From NCBI GenBank assembly GCA_963762545.1, contig CAVXLC010000002.1, positions 1,120,356 to 1,184,355 on the forward strand: DNA of 64,000 nucleotides, given 5' to 3'. Below, piece by piece: positions 9,672 through 20,290 of the stretch. Position 1 is the stretch's first letter; each line of letters begins with the position of its first letter. The stretch comes from an uncultured Gemmatimonadales bacterium (lineage in GTDB: Bacteria; Gemmatimonadota; Gemmatimonadetes; Gemmatimonadales; GWC2-71-9). The position numbers and the translations under genes were made by a program. The notes beneath the pieces are model-generated. The model was not told the origin of the DNA. It was given only the letters and a program-made list of their open reading frames with translations, and searched no databases.

Positions 9672-10978
9672 TGGGCTATCCGCATCCCTCGCATCCCAAG
9701 GAAACCGTCGTCCTCTCGAAGTATTTCGGCGACGCCGCGGCGCGCACCCATCAAGGGTGGGTCGAGCGGGGCGGATACGAGGGCCTGAAGAAGGCGCTCG
9801 GCATGACGCCGGAGGCGATCATCGAGGAGCTCAAGGCATCGGGGCTCCGGGGCCGGGGCGGGGCGGGGTTCCCCACCGGGCTCAAGTGGAGCTTCATGCC
9901 CAAGGGCGACGGCAAACCCCACTACCTCTGCTGCAACGCCGACGAGTCGGAGCCGGGCACCTTCAAGGACCGCGAGATCATGCGCTGGACCCCGCACGCG
10001 CTGATCGAAGGCTGCGCGGTGGCCTGCCACGCCATCGGCGCGGAGACCTGCTACATCTACATCCGGGGCGAGTTCACCGATCCCTGGGCGGTGATGTCCA
10101 CCGCCGTGGCCGAGGCCTACGCGGCCGGCACTATCGGCGCCAACGCGATGGGCTCCGGCAAGCGGATCGACATCGTGCTGTTCCGCGGGGCGGGTGCCTA
10201 CATCTGCGGCGAAGAGACCGCGCTGATGAACTCGCTCGAGGGCAAGCGCGGCAACCCGCGGATCAAGCCGCCGTTTCCCGCCGCCGCCGGCCTGTTCGGC
10301 ATGCCCACCACGATCAACAACGTGGAAACCCTGGCCGCGGTACCTCACATCCTGAATCGCGGCGCCGCCTGGTACAAGGCGCTGTGTCTCGGCAACCCCA
10401 AGAGCACCGGCACCAAGCTGTTCTCGGTCTGCGGCCACGTGATGAAGCCGGGCAACTTCGAGATCACCATGGGCTATCCCATGAAGGATCTCATCTACGA
10501 CCTGGCCGGCGGCATGCGGCCGGGCCGGACCCTGAAGGCGGTCATCCCGGGCGGCTCGTCGGTGCCGATCATGAACCGGCAGGAGGCCGAGGCCGCGCTG
10601 TGCGACTACGAAGGCATCGTCGAGAAGGGATCGATGCTGGGCTCGGCGGGGTTCATCGTCATGGATGACAGCGCGGACATCGTGTACGAGGTGTACCGGC
10701 TGGCCAAGTTCTATGCCCACGAGAGCTGCGCCCAGTGCACCCAGTGCCGCGAAGGCACCGCGTGGACCACCAAGATCCTGGAGCGAATCCTGAAGGGCCA
10801 GGGCAAGCCGGAGGACCTGGCGCTCCTGCTGGAGCTGTCCGAGCAGATGACCGGCAAGACCATCTGCGTGCTGTCCGACAGCTGCGCCGCGCCCATCGTG
10901 AGCGGCATCCAGAAATTCCGCTCCGAGTTCGACGCGTACCTGAGCCGGGCCAAGGCGCCCGTCCTGGCGGGGGCCTAG
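9671..10978 (+). CDS. nuoF: NADH-quinone oxidoreductase subunit F
   Basis: GLRGRGGAGFPTGLKWSF (FMN/NADH site) and ESCAQCTQCREG (cluster N3). Confidence 0.95.
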   Translation: MGYPHPSHPKETVVLSKYFGDAAARTHQGWVERGGYEGLKKALGMTPEAIIEELKASGLRGRGGAGFPTGLKWSFMPKGDGKPHYLCCNADESEPGTFKDREIMRWTPHALIEGCAVACHAIGAETCYIYIRGEFTDPWAVMSTAVAEAYAAGTIGANAMGSGKRIDIVLFRGAGAYICGEETALMNSLEGKRGNPRIKPPFPAAAGLFGMPTTINNVETLAAVPHILNRGAAWYKALCLGNPKSTGTKLFSVCGHVMKPGNFEITMGYPMKDLIYDLAGGMRPGRTLKAVIPGGSSVPIMNRQEAEAALCDYEGIVEKGSMLGSAGFIVMDDSADIVYEVYRLAKFYAHESCAQCTQCREGTAWTTKILERILKGQGKPEDLALLLELSEQMTGKTICVLSDSCAAPIVSGIQKFRSEFDAYLSRAKAPVLAGA

Positions 10979-10982
10979 CGGC

Positions 10983-12578
10983 ATGAGCGCTGAGCTGGTC
11001 AATGTCACCATCGACGGCGTCACGGTGAGCGTGCCCAAGGGCACCACCATCATCGAGGCCGCCAAGCAGGCCGGCGTCCTGGTACCGCACTATTGCTACC
11101 ATCCCTCGCTCCCGTCTCCCGCCGTCTGCCGGATGTGCCTGGTGGAGGTTGAGAAGGCGCCCAAGCTGATGCCGGCCTGCGTCACCACGGTGGCCGAGGG
11201 CCAGGTGGTGAAGGTGATGAGCCAGCCGGCCCGCAAGGCCCGCGAGAGCGTGCTGGAATTCCTGCTGATCAACCACCCGCTGGACTGCCCGATCTGCGAC
11301 CAGGCCGGGGAGTGCGAGCTGCAGGACTTTGTCTTCCAGGAAGGCCGGGCCGGGACCCGGTACAGCGACTACGCCAAGCGCTTCAATCCGGTGGAAGACT
11401 TCGGCCCCGACGTGCTCTACGTCCCGAACCGCTGCATCCTCTGCACCCGGTGCGTCCGATTCATGGACGACGTGGCGGACACGCCGGTGCTCAATGTCTC
11501 GGAGCGCGGCGACCGGGCCTATATCGGCATCGACCCGGGACAGGCGCTCGATCATCCCTGGTCGGGCAACGTGGTCGATCTCTGCCCGGTCGGCTCGCTG
11601 ATCTCCAAGGACTTCCTGCACAAGGCACGTGCCTGGGACCTCGACAAGACCGCGAGCATCTGCCCCGGCTGTACCCAGGGCTGCAACATCATGATCGACA
11701 CCCGGGACGACGTGGTGGTCCGGCTCCGGCCCCGCGCCAACCTGGACGTCAATCGCCACTTCATCTGCGACACCGGCCGGGCCGACTACCGCTGGATGAA
11801 CCGGGGTGACCGGATCGAAGTCCCGCTGGTTCGCGATGGCAGCCGACTCTCGCCGACCGACTGGGACACGGCGGTGCCTCGGCTGGCCGCGCTGATCTCG
11901 AGCGTCACCGGGCGGGTGGTGCTGCTCGCCTCGGGCCGCGCGTCGCTCGAGTCGCTGGGCTGGGTCCGTCGCCTGGTGGACGGGAAGGATGTCACCGCGG
12001 CCATCAAGGTCCCGCAGGGCCCCGAAGCCCCGCTGCCCGGCGTGCCCAACCTGGCGCTGCGGAAGGACCGGGTGCCCAATCTGGACGGCGCCCGCCTGGC
12101 CGGCTACACCGCGGCCTGGAAAGACGCCATGGCCCGGGTCGAGGGGGCGGCGCTGGTGATGCTGCTCGATGCCGACCTGGACGACGCGGAGGCGGCACGC
12201 CTGGCGAGCGCGGGGATCGTGGTCGGTCTCGCGAGCGTGGACGACGACCGCCTCAAGGGCGCCGCGATGCTGCTGCCGGTGTCGACCATGGCCGAGGAGA
12301 ACGGCACCTACGTGAACCGGGACCAGCGGGTCCAGCGGTTCATCGAGGCCAAGGGCGCTCCCGGCATGGCCCGCCCGGGCTGGTGGATCGCCGCCCAGGC
12401 ATGGGCCGAGAACAACCCGGGGCAGGGCGCGCCGATGACGGCGGCGGAGGCCTTCGCCCGACTCGGCAGCGCCATCCCCGCGCTCAACGGCCTGACCTAC
12501 GGAGACCTCGGGCTTACCGGACGGGTCCTCGATTCGGCCCCCGCCCCCGCGGGCGCGCGGCAGGGAGCGGCGCGGTGA
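10983..12578 (+). CDS. nuoG: NADH-quinone oxidoreductase subunit G (short form, 531 aa)
   Basis: CRMCLVEV, HPLDCPICDQAGECELQ, CILCTRCVRF and CPGCTQGCN Fe-S motifs. Confidence 0.9.
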   Translation: MSAELVNVTIDGVTVSVPKGTTIIEAAKQAGVLVPHYCYHPSLPSPAVCRMCLVEVEKAPKLMPACVTTVAEGQVVKVMSQPARKARESVLEFLLINHPLDCPICDQAGECELQDFVFQEGRAGTRYSDYAKRFNPVEDFGPDVLYVPNRCILCTRCVRFMDDVADTPVLNVSERGDRAYIGIDPGQALDHPWSGNVVDLCPVGSLISKDFLHKARAWDLDKTASICPGCTQGCNIMIDTRDDVVVRLRPRANLDVNRHFICDTGRADYRWMNRGDRIEVPLVRDGSRLSPTDWDTAVPRLAALISSVTGRVVLLASGRASLESLGWVRRLVDGKDVTAAIKVPQGPEAPLPGVPNLALRKDRVPNLDGARLAGYTAAWKDAMARVEGAALVMLLDADLDDAEAARLASAGIVVGLASVDDDRLKGAAMLLPVSTMAEENGTYVNRDQRVQRFIEAKGAPGMARPGWWIAAQAWAENNPGQGAPMTAAEAFARLGSAIPALNGLTYGDLGLTGRVLDSAPAPAGARQGAAR

Positions 12579-13819
12579 CCGCGGCCGAGAAGGGCTTCCT
12601 CCTCCTCAGCATCGTCAAGATGATCGTGATCTTCACGATCACCATGGTGGGCGTGGCGCTGCTGACGCTCATGGAGCGGAAGGTCAGCGCGTGGATGCAG
12701 AACCGGCACGGCCCCAATCGGGTCGGCTGGGCCGGGATTCTTCAGCCGGCCGCGGACGGAATCAAGAACATCATCAAGGAAGAGACGCTCCCCGCCGAGG
12801 CGAACCTGGGCATCTTCATGCTCGCTCCGGCGCTGGCCTTCATTCCTGCCCTGTTGCTCGGCGCGGTGATTCCCTGGGCCGCCCCGCTGCGGGTGAACTG
12901 GGACGCACACCTGCCGCTCATCGGCGCGGTGAGCTACCACGGATTGCTCTCGATGGCCATGACCGACCTGCCGGTCGGGTTTCTGTTCGTTCTGGCGATC
13001 AGCTCCCTCGGGGTCTACGGCATCGCGCTGGCGGGGTGGTCGTCGAACAACAAGTACTCGCTGCTGGGCGGCCTACGGTCCAGCGCGCAGATGATTTCCT
13101 ACGAAGTGGCGATGGGGATGAGTCTGATCCCGGTTCTGCTGCTCACCGGGAACGTCACTTTTCAACAAATCATTCAGGAACAACAGCAGGGACTCTGGTT
13201 CGTCCTCCCGCTGTTCCTCTCGTTCTTCATCTTCCTGGTCGCCGGCTTTGCCGAGACCAACCGGCTCCCCTTCGACCTCCCGGAGGCCGAATCCGAGCTC
13301 ATTGCCGGGTACCACACCGAATACAGCGCCATGAAGTTCTCGATGTTTCCGATCGCCGAGTACACCAACATGGCGACCGTCTCCGCCATGGTGGTCACCC
13401 TGTTCTTCGGCGGCTGGGACATCCCGTTCCTCACCTGGGATCAGAACGGCAGCGGGCTGGCCACGCTGGCCACCGCGCTCTTCATGTTCCTCAAGGTGCT
13501 GTTCTTCCTGTTCTTCTTCATGTGGATCCGGTGGACCTTGCCCCGATTCCGCTATGACCAGCTGATGGCCCTGGGGTGGAAGGTGATGCTACCGCTGGCG
13601 CTCGGGTACATCATGGTGACCTGTCTGGCCATCTGGGGCATCGAGCATCTGGCCGGGGTCACCGGTCTCCGGATCACGATGCTGATCCTGTTCGGAATCA
13701 ATCTGGTGCTGGGGTACCTGGTGTTCTTCCTCCTCGACCGGGGCCATATCATGTCCGGCTCGTATCGCGCGTCCTCCAATCTCGATGCGGGCGCGCGGCG
13801 CGCCCGGGCGGCGGCCTGA
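12575..13819 (+). CDS. nuoH: NADH-quinone oxidoreductase subunit H
   Basis: GTGA overlap with nuoG. ERKVSAWMQNRHGPNRVG motif and multiple TM segments. Confidence 0.93.
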   Translation: MTAAEKGFLLLSIVKMIVIFTITMVGVALLTLMERKVSAWMQNRHGPNRVGWAGILQPAADGIKNIIKEETLPAEANLGIFMLAPALAFIPALLLGAVIPWAAPLRVNWDAHLPLIGAVSYHGLLSMAMTDLPVGFLFVLAISSLGVYGIALAGWSSNNKYSLLGGLRSSAQMISYEVAMGMSLIPVLLLTGNVTFQQIIQEQQQGLWFVLPLFLSFFIFLVAGFAETNRLPFDLPEAESELIAGYHTEYSAMKFSMFPIAEYTNMATVSAMVVTLFFGGWDIPFLTWDQNGSGLATLATALFMFLKVLFFLFFFMWIRWTLPRFRYDQLMALGWKVMLPLALGYIMVTCLAIWGIEHLAGVTGLRITMLILFGINLVLGYLVFFLLDRGHIMSGSYRASSNLDAGARRARAAA

Positions 13820-14337
13820 TGGCCATCGGCGTCAAGGTGCTCCAGCGGCCCGAGCGGCAGGTGAGCTATGTGCGCGCCGCCCTCAAGGGCATGGCGCTGA
13901 CCTTCAAGCACATGCTCCAGCCCAAGGTCACCATGCAGTATCCCGAGGAGAAGAGCACCGGCGACGCGCGGGGCCAGTACACCATCTCTCCCCGCTGGCG
14001 CGGCACCCACCGGATGCTTTCCGACGAGCAGGGCCGCACCAAGTGCGTGGCCTGCGGGCTGTGCCCCCAGATCTGCCCGGCCAACTGCATCAAGCTGGTC
14101 CCCGGGGAGGACGAGGCCGGCAACCGCTACCCACTGATCTACGAAATCGACGAATTCCGCTGCGTCTTCTGCGGCTACTGCCAGGAGGTCTGCCCGGAAG
14201 AGGCCATCCATGTCGGCGTCCACTTCGAGAATTCCGAGTACAGCCGCGACCGGTTCGTGTACGACCTGGAGCGGCTGAGCTCGCAGGTGCACCCGGTGTC
14301 GACCCTGTGGGATCCGTCCGACCCCAAGGGCGAGTGA
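13819..14337 (+). CDS. nuoI: NADH-quinone oxidoreductase subunit I
   Basis: Two ferredoxin-type motifs: CVACGLCPQICP and CVFCGYCQEVCP. Confidence 0.95.
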   Translation: MAIGVKVLQRPERQVSYVRAALKGMALTFKHMLQPKVTMQYPEEKSTGDARGQYTISPRWRGTHRMLSDEQGRTKCVACGLCPQICPANCIKLVPGEDEAGNRYPLIYEIDEFRCVFCGYCQEVCPEEAIHVGVHFENSEYSRDRFVYDLERLSSQVHPVSTLWDPSDPKGE

Positions 14338-14338
14338 G

Positions 14339-14899
14339 ATGAGCGCCGAGGTCGTCTTCTACCTGCTGGCGGGTTTCGCGGTGGTCTCCGCGCTCCTGTG
14401 CGTCACCCAGCGGAACATCATCGCCTCCGCGATGTGGCTGGTCTCCACCATGTTCTCCCTGTCGGGCATCTACGTGCTGCTGAACGCGCAGTTCATCGCG
14501 GCCATTCAGGTCCTGGTGTACGCCGGCGCGGTGATGGTGCTCTTTCTCTTCGTGATCATGCTCCTCAACGTGGGCCGGGGCGGCAACGACCTCCGGGGCG
14601 CCCCGGTGCGGCTGGTGGCCATGCTGGTGGGCGGCGCCCTCCTGGCCCAGCTGTTCCTGCTGGGGCGGGTGACGCCGGGCGGCATGGCGGTGCTGCGCGG
14701 CGCGGCCGGCGGGGCGGGGAGTCCGATGGCCGCGTTCCCGGCGGGGCAGCTGGCCCTCACGGCGCCGGCCAGCCAGGGTGTCGTCGGCGCGATTGCCGAG
14801 CCGCTGTTCCGCCAATATCTGGTGCCGTTCGAACTCACGTCCATCCTGCTGCTCGCGGCGGCGGTCGGCGCCGTGGTGCTGGCCAAGCGGAAGCTCTAG
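14339..14899 (+). CDS. nuoJ: NADH-quinone oxidoreductase subunit J
   Basis: Position in the operon, five TM-like segments, and [19 protein letters not shown] motif. Confidence 0.88.
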   Translation: MSAEVVFYLLAGFAVVSALLCVTQRNIIASAMWLVSTMFSLSGIYVLLNAQFIAAIQVLVYAGAVMVLFLFVIMLLNVGRGGNDLRGAPVRLVAMLVGGALLAQLFLLGRVTPGGMAVLRGAAGGAGSPMAAFPAGQLALTAPASQGVVGAIAEPLFRQYLVPFELTSILLLAAAVGAVVLAKRKL

Positions 14900-14901
14900 C
14901 C

Positions 14902-15198
14902 ATGCTGCTCGGACCGTCCCTGCTGCTCTCCGCGCTGCTCTTCACGATCGGCGTCGCCGGCGTGATGCTCCGGCGCAACGCCATCGTGCTGTTCATGTGC
15001 GTCGAGCTGATGCTCAACGCGGTGAATCTCACCTTCGTGGCCTTCTCGCAGGTACTCGGGCTGGGCGGCCAGGTCATCGTCTTCTTCGTCATGACGGTCG
15101 CCGCCGCCGAGGCCGCCGTGGGGCTGGCCATCATTCTCGCCGTCTTCCGCCACACGCGGTCGGTGGACCTCAAGAACATCAACCTGCTCCAGGGCTGA
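14902..15198 (+). CDS. nuoK: NADH-quinone oxidoreductase subunit K
   Basis: 98 aa with three TM segments. [17 protein letters not shown] motif. Confidence 0.93.
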   Translation: MLLGPSLLLSALLFTIGVAGVMLRRNAIVLFMCVELMLNAVNLTFVAFSQVLGLGGQVIVFFVMTVAAAEAAVGLAIILAVFRHTRSVDLKNINLLQG

Positions 15199-17216
15199 TG
15201 ACGCTCTCCCTGATTCAAGCGGCCGCCCAAGCCCCCGCGCCTGCCGGCGCGGTCGGGTGGGTCTGGCTCGCCGTGGCGCTGCCGCTGGTGGGGTTCCTGG
15301 TCAACGGCTGGCTGGCGCTCAAGCGGCCCGAGGCCAAGACCGCGGTCTCGGCGGTGGGGGCCGGCGTGCTGCTCGCGGCGTTCGCCGTGGCGGCCGCGGT
15401 GTTCGTCCAGCTCCGGGGCGCCCCGCCCGAGTCGCCCCTCATCGTGTCGCTCTGGCGCTGGATTCCCTCGGGGAGCCTGGATATCCGGTTCGCGTTTCAG
15501 GTGGATCAGCTCTCCACCGTCATGCTGCTGGTGGTGACGGGGGTGGGCAGCCTGATTCACCTGTTCAGCATCGGGTACATGCGCTCCGACCCCGGGTACG
15601 CGCGATACTTCTCGTATCTCAATCTGTTCGTCGCCTTCATGCTGGTGCTGGTCCTGGGTGCCAGCCTCCCGGTGCTGTTCGTCGGGTGGGAAGGGGTGGG
15701 ACTCTGTTCCTACCTGTTGATCGGGTTCTGGTTCCAGGACAAGGCCAACGCCGATGCCGGGAAGAAGGCGTTCCTGATGAACCGGATCGGCGATTTCGGC
15801 GTGCTGATCGCGATGTTCATCCTCTGGTGGACCCTCCGCAGCCTGGACTTCGTCACCATCGCCGAGCGGGCCCCGGTTCGCCTGGCCGCCGGCGGCGCGG
15901 GGATCACGGCGATCACCCTCTTTCTGTTCCTGGGCTGCACCGGCAAATCGGCGCAGATCCCGCTCTACACCTGGCTCCCCGACGCCATGGCCGGTCCGAC
16001 GCCGGTGTCGGCGCTGATCCATGCGGCCACGATGGTCACCGCCGGCGTCTACCTGGTGGCCCGGACCAGCACCCTGTTTGCGATGGCGCCGGTCTCGAGC
16101 GCCATCGTGGCCGGGGTGGGCGCGTTTACCGCGCTCTTCGCGGCCTCGATCGGCCTGCGCCAGTACGACATCAAGAAGGTGCTGGCGTATTCCACCGTCT
16201 CGCAGCTCGGCTACATGTTTCTGGCGGTGGGCACCGGGGCGTACGTCGCCGGGGTGTTCCACCTGGTGACCCACGCCTTCTTCAAGGCGCTTCTCTTCCT
16301 CGGGGCGGGCAGCGTGATCCACGCCATGCACCACGCCTATCACGCCACCCATTCGCCCGAAGACGCCCAGGACATGCGAAACATGGGGGGGCTCCGGCGC
16401 GCCATGCCGTGGACCTTCGTCCTCATGCTGATCGCCACCCTGGCGATCGCCGGGATTCCGCCGTTCGCCGGGTTCTTCTCCAAGGATGAAATCCTGGCCG
16501 CGGCCTTCGGACGGGGGGCGAGCCAACCGGTCTGGTATCTGTACTGGGCCATGGGGGTGCTGGCGGCGCTCATGACCGCCTTCTACATGATGCGCCTGAT
16601 GGCCATGACCTTCCTGGGTGAGAGCCGCCTCGGCGCCGCCGAGCGCGAGCATGTGCACGAGGCACCCTGGAGCATGACCGGTCCGCTGCTGCTCCTGGGC
16701 GGGCTCACCGTGGCGGGGGGCCTGCTGAATCTCCCCGCGTTTGCGGGCGGGCACGAGCCGCTGGAGCGATGGCTCGAGCCGGTCCTGGCCAAGGCAAACC
16801 AGATCATGCCCCTCGCCATGCCGCACGGGCAGACCGAATGGCTGCTGATCGGCGGGGCCGTGGCCATTGCGGTGATCGGCTTGCTGCTGGGGTGGCGTCT
16901 CACGCTGGCCCGAACGATCCTGCCGGCCCGCGAGGCGCCGGACGATACCGGGTTCTCGCTGGTGCTGTTCCGCAAGTACTACGTCGACGAGATCTACAAC
17001 CGCCTGATCGTGCGCCCGCTGGTGGCGATCTCGCGCTACGTCCTCTGGAAGGGCGTGGACCAGGGCCTGATCGACGGACTGGGCGCCAACGGGTCGGCGG
17101 GGCTGGCCCGGGGACTCGGATGGGTGGGAAGCCGGCTGCAATCGGGGCAGCTCGGGTTCTACGTCGTGGTCTTCCTGCTCGGCGCGGTGTGGCTTCTCCG
17201 CGCCATGGCCCGGTAG
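15198..17216 (+). CDS. nuoL: NADH-quinone oxidoreductase subunit L
   Basis: WEGVGLCSYLLIGFW and KSAQIPLYTWLPDAMAGPTPVSALIHAATMV motifs. Confidence 0.95.
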   Translation: MTLSLIQAAAQAPAPAGAVGWVWLAVALPLVGFLVNGWLALKRPEAKTAVSAVGAGVLLAAFAVAAAVFVQLRGAPPESPLIVSLWRWIPSGSLDIRFAFQVDQLSTVMLLVVTGVGSLIHLFSIGYMRSDPGYARYFSYLNLFVAFMLVLVLGASLPVLFVGWEGVGLCSYLLIGFWFQDKANADAGKKAFLMNRIGDFGVLIAMFILWWTLRSLDFVTIAERAPVRLAAGGAGITAITLFLFLGCTGKSAQIPLYTWLPDAMAGPTPVSALIHAATMVTAGVYLVARTSTLFAMAPVSSAIVAGVGAFTALFAASIGLRQYDIKKVLAYSTVSQLGYMFLAVGTGAYVAGVFHLVTHAFFKALLFLGAGSVIHAMHHAYHATHSPEDAQDMRNMGGLRRAMPWTFVLMLIATLAIAGIPPFAGFFSKDEILAAAFGRGASQPVWYLYWAMGVLAALMTAFYMMRLMAMTFLGESRLGAAEREHVHEAPWSMTGPLLLLGGLTVAGGLLNLPAFAGGHEPLERWLEPVLAKANQIMPLAMPHGQTEWLLIGGAVAIAVIGLLLGWRLTLARTILPAREAPDDTGFSLVLFRKYYVDEIYNRLIVRPLVAISRYVLWKGVDQGLIDGLGANGSAGLARGLGWVGSRLQSGQLGFYVVVFLLGAVWLLRAMAR

Positions 17217-17222
17217 CCGCCG

Positions 17223-18779
17223 ATGACCCAATTCCTGGCGTCCATCGGATTCGACCGCTGGATCCTCCACGTCCTGCTGATCCTGCCGCTCCTGGGCGCC
17301 ATTCCGGTGCTCCTGGGTCCGGCGGCGCTGGCCCGGCGGACCGCGCTGCTGATCACCGTGGTCGAGTTCATCCTGTCGGCCGGGCTCTGGTGGGCCGTCA
17401 ATACCACCCCGGGCACGCTGCAGCTCACCACCAGCCTGCCGTGGATCCCCGCCTGGGGCATCAGCTACGCCGTCGGGATCGATGGCATTTCGCTCACCAT
17501 GGTGCTGCTCACCACGCTGCTGATGCCGCTCTGCGTGCTGGGGAGCTGGAACTACATCACCGAGCGGGAGCGGGGCTATTACGCCATGCTGCTGACGCTG
17601 CTCACCGGCGTCCTCGGCGTCTTTCTCGCGACCGACCTGTTCCTGTTCTACGTGTTCTGGGAAGTGATGCTGATCCCGATGTATTTCATCATCGGGATGT
17701 GGGGGGGCAAGAACCGCCTCTATGCCGCCATCAAGTTCTTCGTCTTCACCATGGCCGGCTCGCTCCTCATGCTGGTGGCCATCCTGGTGCTGGCCTGGGC
17801 GGTGGCGGGCCGCACCGGCACGCTGTCGTTCGCCTACGACCACCTCCTGGCCAACTCCCACGCGGTGGGGCGGCTGGCGCCGTGGCTCTTCGGTGCCTTT
17901 GCGCTGGCCTTCGCGATCAAGGTCCCGGTCTTCCCGTTCCATACCTGGCTGCCCGACGCGCACGTGGAGGCGCCCACCGCCGGCAGCGTGCTCCTGGCCG
18001 GGGTCCTGCTCAAGCTCGGTACTTACGGCTTTCTCCGCTTCGCGGTGCCCTTCTTCCCGGAAGTGGCCACGAGTCCCTGGGTCACCAACCTGATCCTGCT
18101 GCTCGCGATCATCGGCATCGTGTACGGCGCGCTGGTGGCCATGGTACAGCCGGACATCAAGAAGCTGGTGGCCTATTCCTCGGTGAGCCACCTGGGCTTT
18201 GTGATGCTGGGCATCTGGGCCGCGACGGTGCAGAGCATCGAGGGCGCCATCATGGTGATGATCGGCCATGGCCTGTCCACCGGCGCCCTCTTCTTCCTGG
18301 TCGGCATGCTGTACGAGCGCCGCCACACCCGGGACATCTCGGCCTACGGCGGCATCGCGCGGGTGGTGCCGGTCTTCAGCCTGGTCTTCACGGTGGTGGC
18401 CCTGTCCTCGATCGGTCTGCCCGGACTCAACGGGTTCATCGGCGAGTTCCTGGTCCTGCTGGGCAGCTTCCGGGGGCACCCGTGGGCCACCGGGGTCGCC
18501 ACGACGGGCGTCATCTTCGCGGCGGCCTATCTGCTCTGGGCGCTGCAGCGCATCATCTACAACAAGCTCGACAAGCGGGAAAACGAATCGCTCACCGACC
18601 TTTCACCCCGTGAGCTCATGGTCATGGTGCCGCTGCTCCTCGGCATCCTGTGGATGGGGCTGTACCCGGCGCCGATCCTCCGCCGGATCGAGCCCGCGGC
18701 GGTGCGCTATATCGAGACGGTCAGGGGACCGATCGGAGTCCTAGACGTGTCACAGCGGACGCCGGCGGTGCGGCGATGA
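17223..18779 (+). CDS. nuoM: NADH-quinone oxidoreductase subunit M
   Basis: FYVFWEVMLIPMYFIIGMWGG and FPFHTWLPDAHVEAPTAGSVLLAGVLLK motifs. Confidence 0.95.
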   Translation: MTQFLASIGFDRWILHVLLILPLLGAIPVLLGPAALARRTALLITVVEFILSAGLWWAVNTTPGTLQLTTSLPWIPAWGISYAVGIDGISLTMVLLTTLLMPLCVLGSWNYITERERGYYAMLLTLLTGVLGVFLATDLFLFYVFWEVMLIPMYFIIGMWGGKNRLYAAIKFFVFTMAGSLLMLVAILVLAWAVAGRTGTLSFAYDHLLANSHAVGRLAPWLFGAFALAFAIKVPVFPFHTWLPDAHVEAPTAGSVLLAGVLLKLGTYGFLRFAVPFFPEVATSPWVTNLILLLAIIGIVYGALVAMVQPDIKKLVAYSSVSHLGFVMLGIWAATVQSIEGAIMVMIGHGLSTGALFFLVGMLYERRHTRDISAYGGIARVVPVFSLVFTVVALSSIGLPGLNGFIGEFLVLLGSFRGHPWATGVATTGVIFAAAYLLWALQRIIYNKLDKRENESLTDLSPRELMVMVPLLLGILWMGLYPAPILRRIEPAAVRYIETVRGPIGVLDVSQRTPAVRR

Positions 18780-20287
18780 TGCCCCTCGACCTCAAGACGC
18801 CGCTCGGCGCCACGCTGGCCTTGCTGCCGGAAATCACCCTGACGCTCGGGGCGATGGTGGTGCTGCTGGTGAATGCATGGAGGCACGGCACCGCCCGGGA
18901 CAGCCGGTTCTCCGGCTACCTGGCCCTGGCGAGCCTGGTGCCCAGCGCCATCTCCCTGGGGATCCTCTGGGCGGGCGGGGCACGCGTCGCGGGCGGCGCC
19001 TACATGGTGGCGCTGGATCCCTACCGTTTCGCGGCGCTGGCCCTGATTCTCGCGGCGACCGCCGGCACCATCCTGCTCTCCTTGGGCTACCTCGAGCGGG
19101 AGGGGCTCCTCGCGCCCGAGTACTACGCGCTGGTCCTGTTTGCGGCCTCCGGCATGATGTTCATGGCCGGCGCCGAGGACCTGGTGGTGCTGTTCCTGGG
19201 CCTCGAGGTCATGTCGGTGTCGGTGTACGTGCTGGCCGGGTTCAACCGCGGCAGTGTGTTCTCGGCCGAGGCCGCGCTCAAGTACTTCCTGGTCGGGGCG
19301 TTCGCGTCGGCCTTCCTGCTCTATGGCATCGCGCTGGTGTGGGGAGCCACCGGCAGCACCGGCCTCGCCGAAATCGGGACCCGGTTCTCGAGCGGGGAAT
19401 TGCCGCTGCTCGGCAAGCTCGGGCTCGGCCTCCTGCTCATCGGCATGGGATTCAAGGTGGCCTCGGTTCCGTTCCACATGTGGGCGCCGGACGTCTACGA
19501 CGGATCGCCGACTCCGGTGACGGGATTCATGGCCACCGGCGTCAAGGCCGCGGCCTTCCTGGCCCTGGCGCGGATCCTGTACGAGGCGTTTCCCGCCGCC
19601 ACCGATACCTGGCAGCCGGTCGTCGCCGCGCTCGCCGTCGCGTCGATGGTGCTGGGGAACCTGGTGGCCCTGAGCCAGCGTTCGCTCAAGCGCATGCTCG
19701 CCTACAGCTCGATCGCCCACGCCGGGTATCTGCTCACCGCGCTCTGGCCGGGCAGCCGGCTCGGCTCGGGGGCGACGCTGCTGTACCTCGCGGCCTACGT
19801 CCTCACCTCGCTGGCGGTGTTCGGGATTCTCGGGGTGCTGGGGCGGGGAGGTGAGCGGGACGTCACCCTCGACTCGATCGCCGGCCTGGCCCGCCGGCGG
19901 CCGTGGCTCGCTTTCGCCCTGTCGGTGTGCATGCTGTCGCTCCTGGGGTTCCCGGGCACCTTCGGATTCATCGGGAAGTGGGCGATCCTCGCCGCCGTGG
20001 TGGAAGCCAAGCAGGTGGTGCTCGCGGTGATCCTGGTGCTGACCAGCCTGCTCTCGGCGGGCTACTATCTGCCGGTGGTCATGGCGGTCTACATGCGGGA
20101 GCCGGCCGAGGCGGAGTCCCACGCCGGGGCGGGACTGCCCCGTACCGCCGTCCTCGCGGTCGCCGTGGCGGTCGCCATCGTCCTCCTCGCCGGCGTGCTG
20201 CCGGCCCGGGCACTGAGCTCCGCGATGGAAACCGCCGGCTCGCTGGGCCCCGTCGGGGGCGCTCCGATCGTGGGGCTCAGGCGGTAG
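18776..20287 (+). CDS. nuoN: NADH-quinone oxidoreductase subunit N
   Basis: ATGA overlap with nuoM. LGLEVMSVSVYVLAGF and VPFHMWAPDVYDGSPTPVTGFM motifs. Confidence 0.93.
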   Translation: MMPLDLKTPLGATLALLPEITLTLGAMVVLLVNAWRHGTARDSRFSGYLALASLVPSAISLGILWAGGARVAGGAYMVALDPYRFAALALILAATAGTILLSLGYLEREGLLAPEYYALVLFAASGMMFMAGAEDLVVLFLGLEVMSVSVYVLAGFNRGSVFSAEAALKYFLVGAFASAFLLYGIALVWGATGSTGLAEIGTRFSSGELPLLGKLGLGLLLIGMGFKVASVPFHMWAPDVYDGSPTPVTGFMATGVKAAAFLALARILYEAFPAATDTWQPVVAALAVASMVLGNLVALSQRSLKRMLAYSSIAHAGYLLTALWPGSRLGSGATLLYLAAYVLTSLAVFGILGVLGRGGERDVTLDSIAGLARRRPWLAFALSVCMLSLLGFPGTFGFIGKWAILAAVVEAKQVVLAVILVLTSLLSAGYYLPVVMAVYMREPAEAESHAGAGLPRTAVLAVAVAVAIVLLAGVLPARALSSAMETAGSLGPVGGAPIVGLRR

Positions 20288-20290
20288 GGT

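Noticed and set aside
10983-12578. nuoG is only 531 aa, so I considered that it might be truncated.
   Set aside because: All N-terminal Fe-S binding motifs are present. The ORF ends in a GTGA overlap with nuoH, like the other junctions, and no out-of-frame continuation is visible. It is most likely a naturally short NuoG.
14835-18479. Very long antisense or alternative-frame ORFs. Examples are 14835..18479 minus (1214 aa), 18707..23113 minus (1468 aa), 19903..23211 plus (1102 aa), 632..3028 plus (798 aa) and 9404..11065 minus.
   Set aside because: They overlap genes with unmistakable conserved motifs (nuoL/M/N, pmm, the TPR protein). Their translations are Arg/Pro/Gly/His-rich low complexity, and their third codon positions are not G/C-enriched. 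This is the typical stop-codon depletion artefact of a very GC-rich genome.
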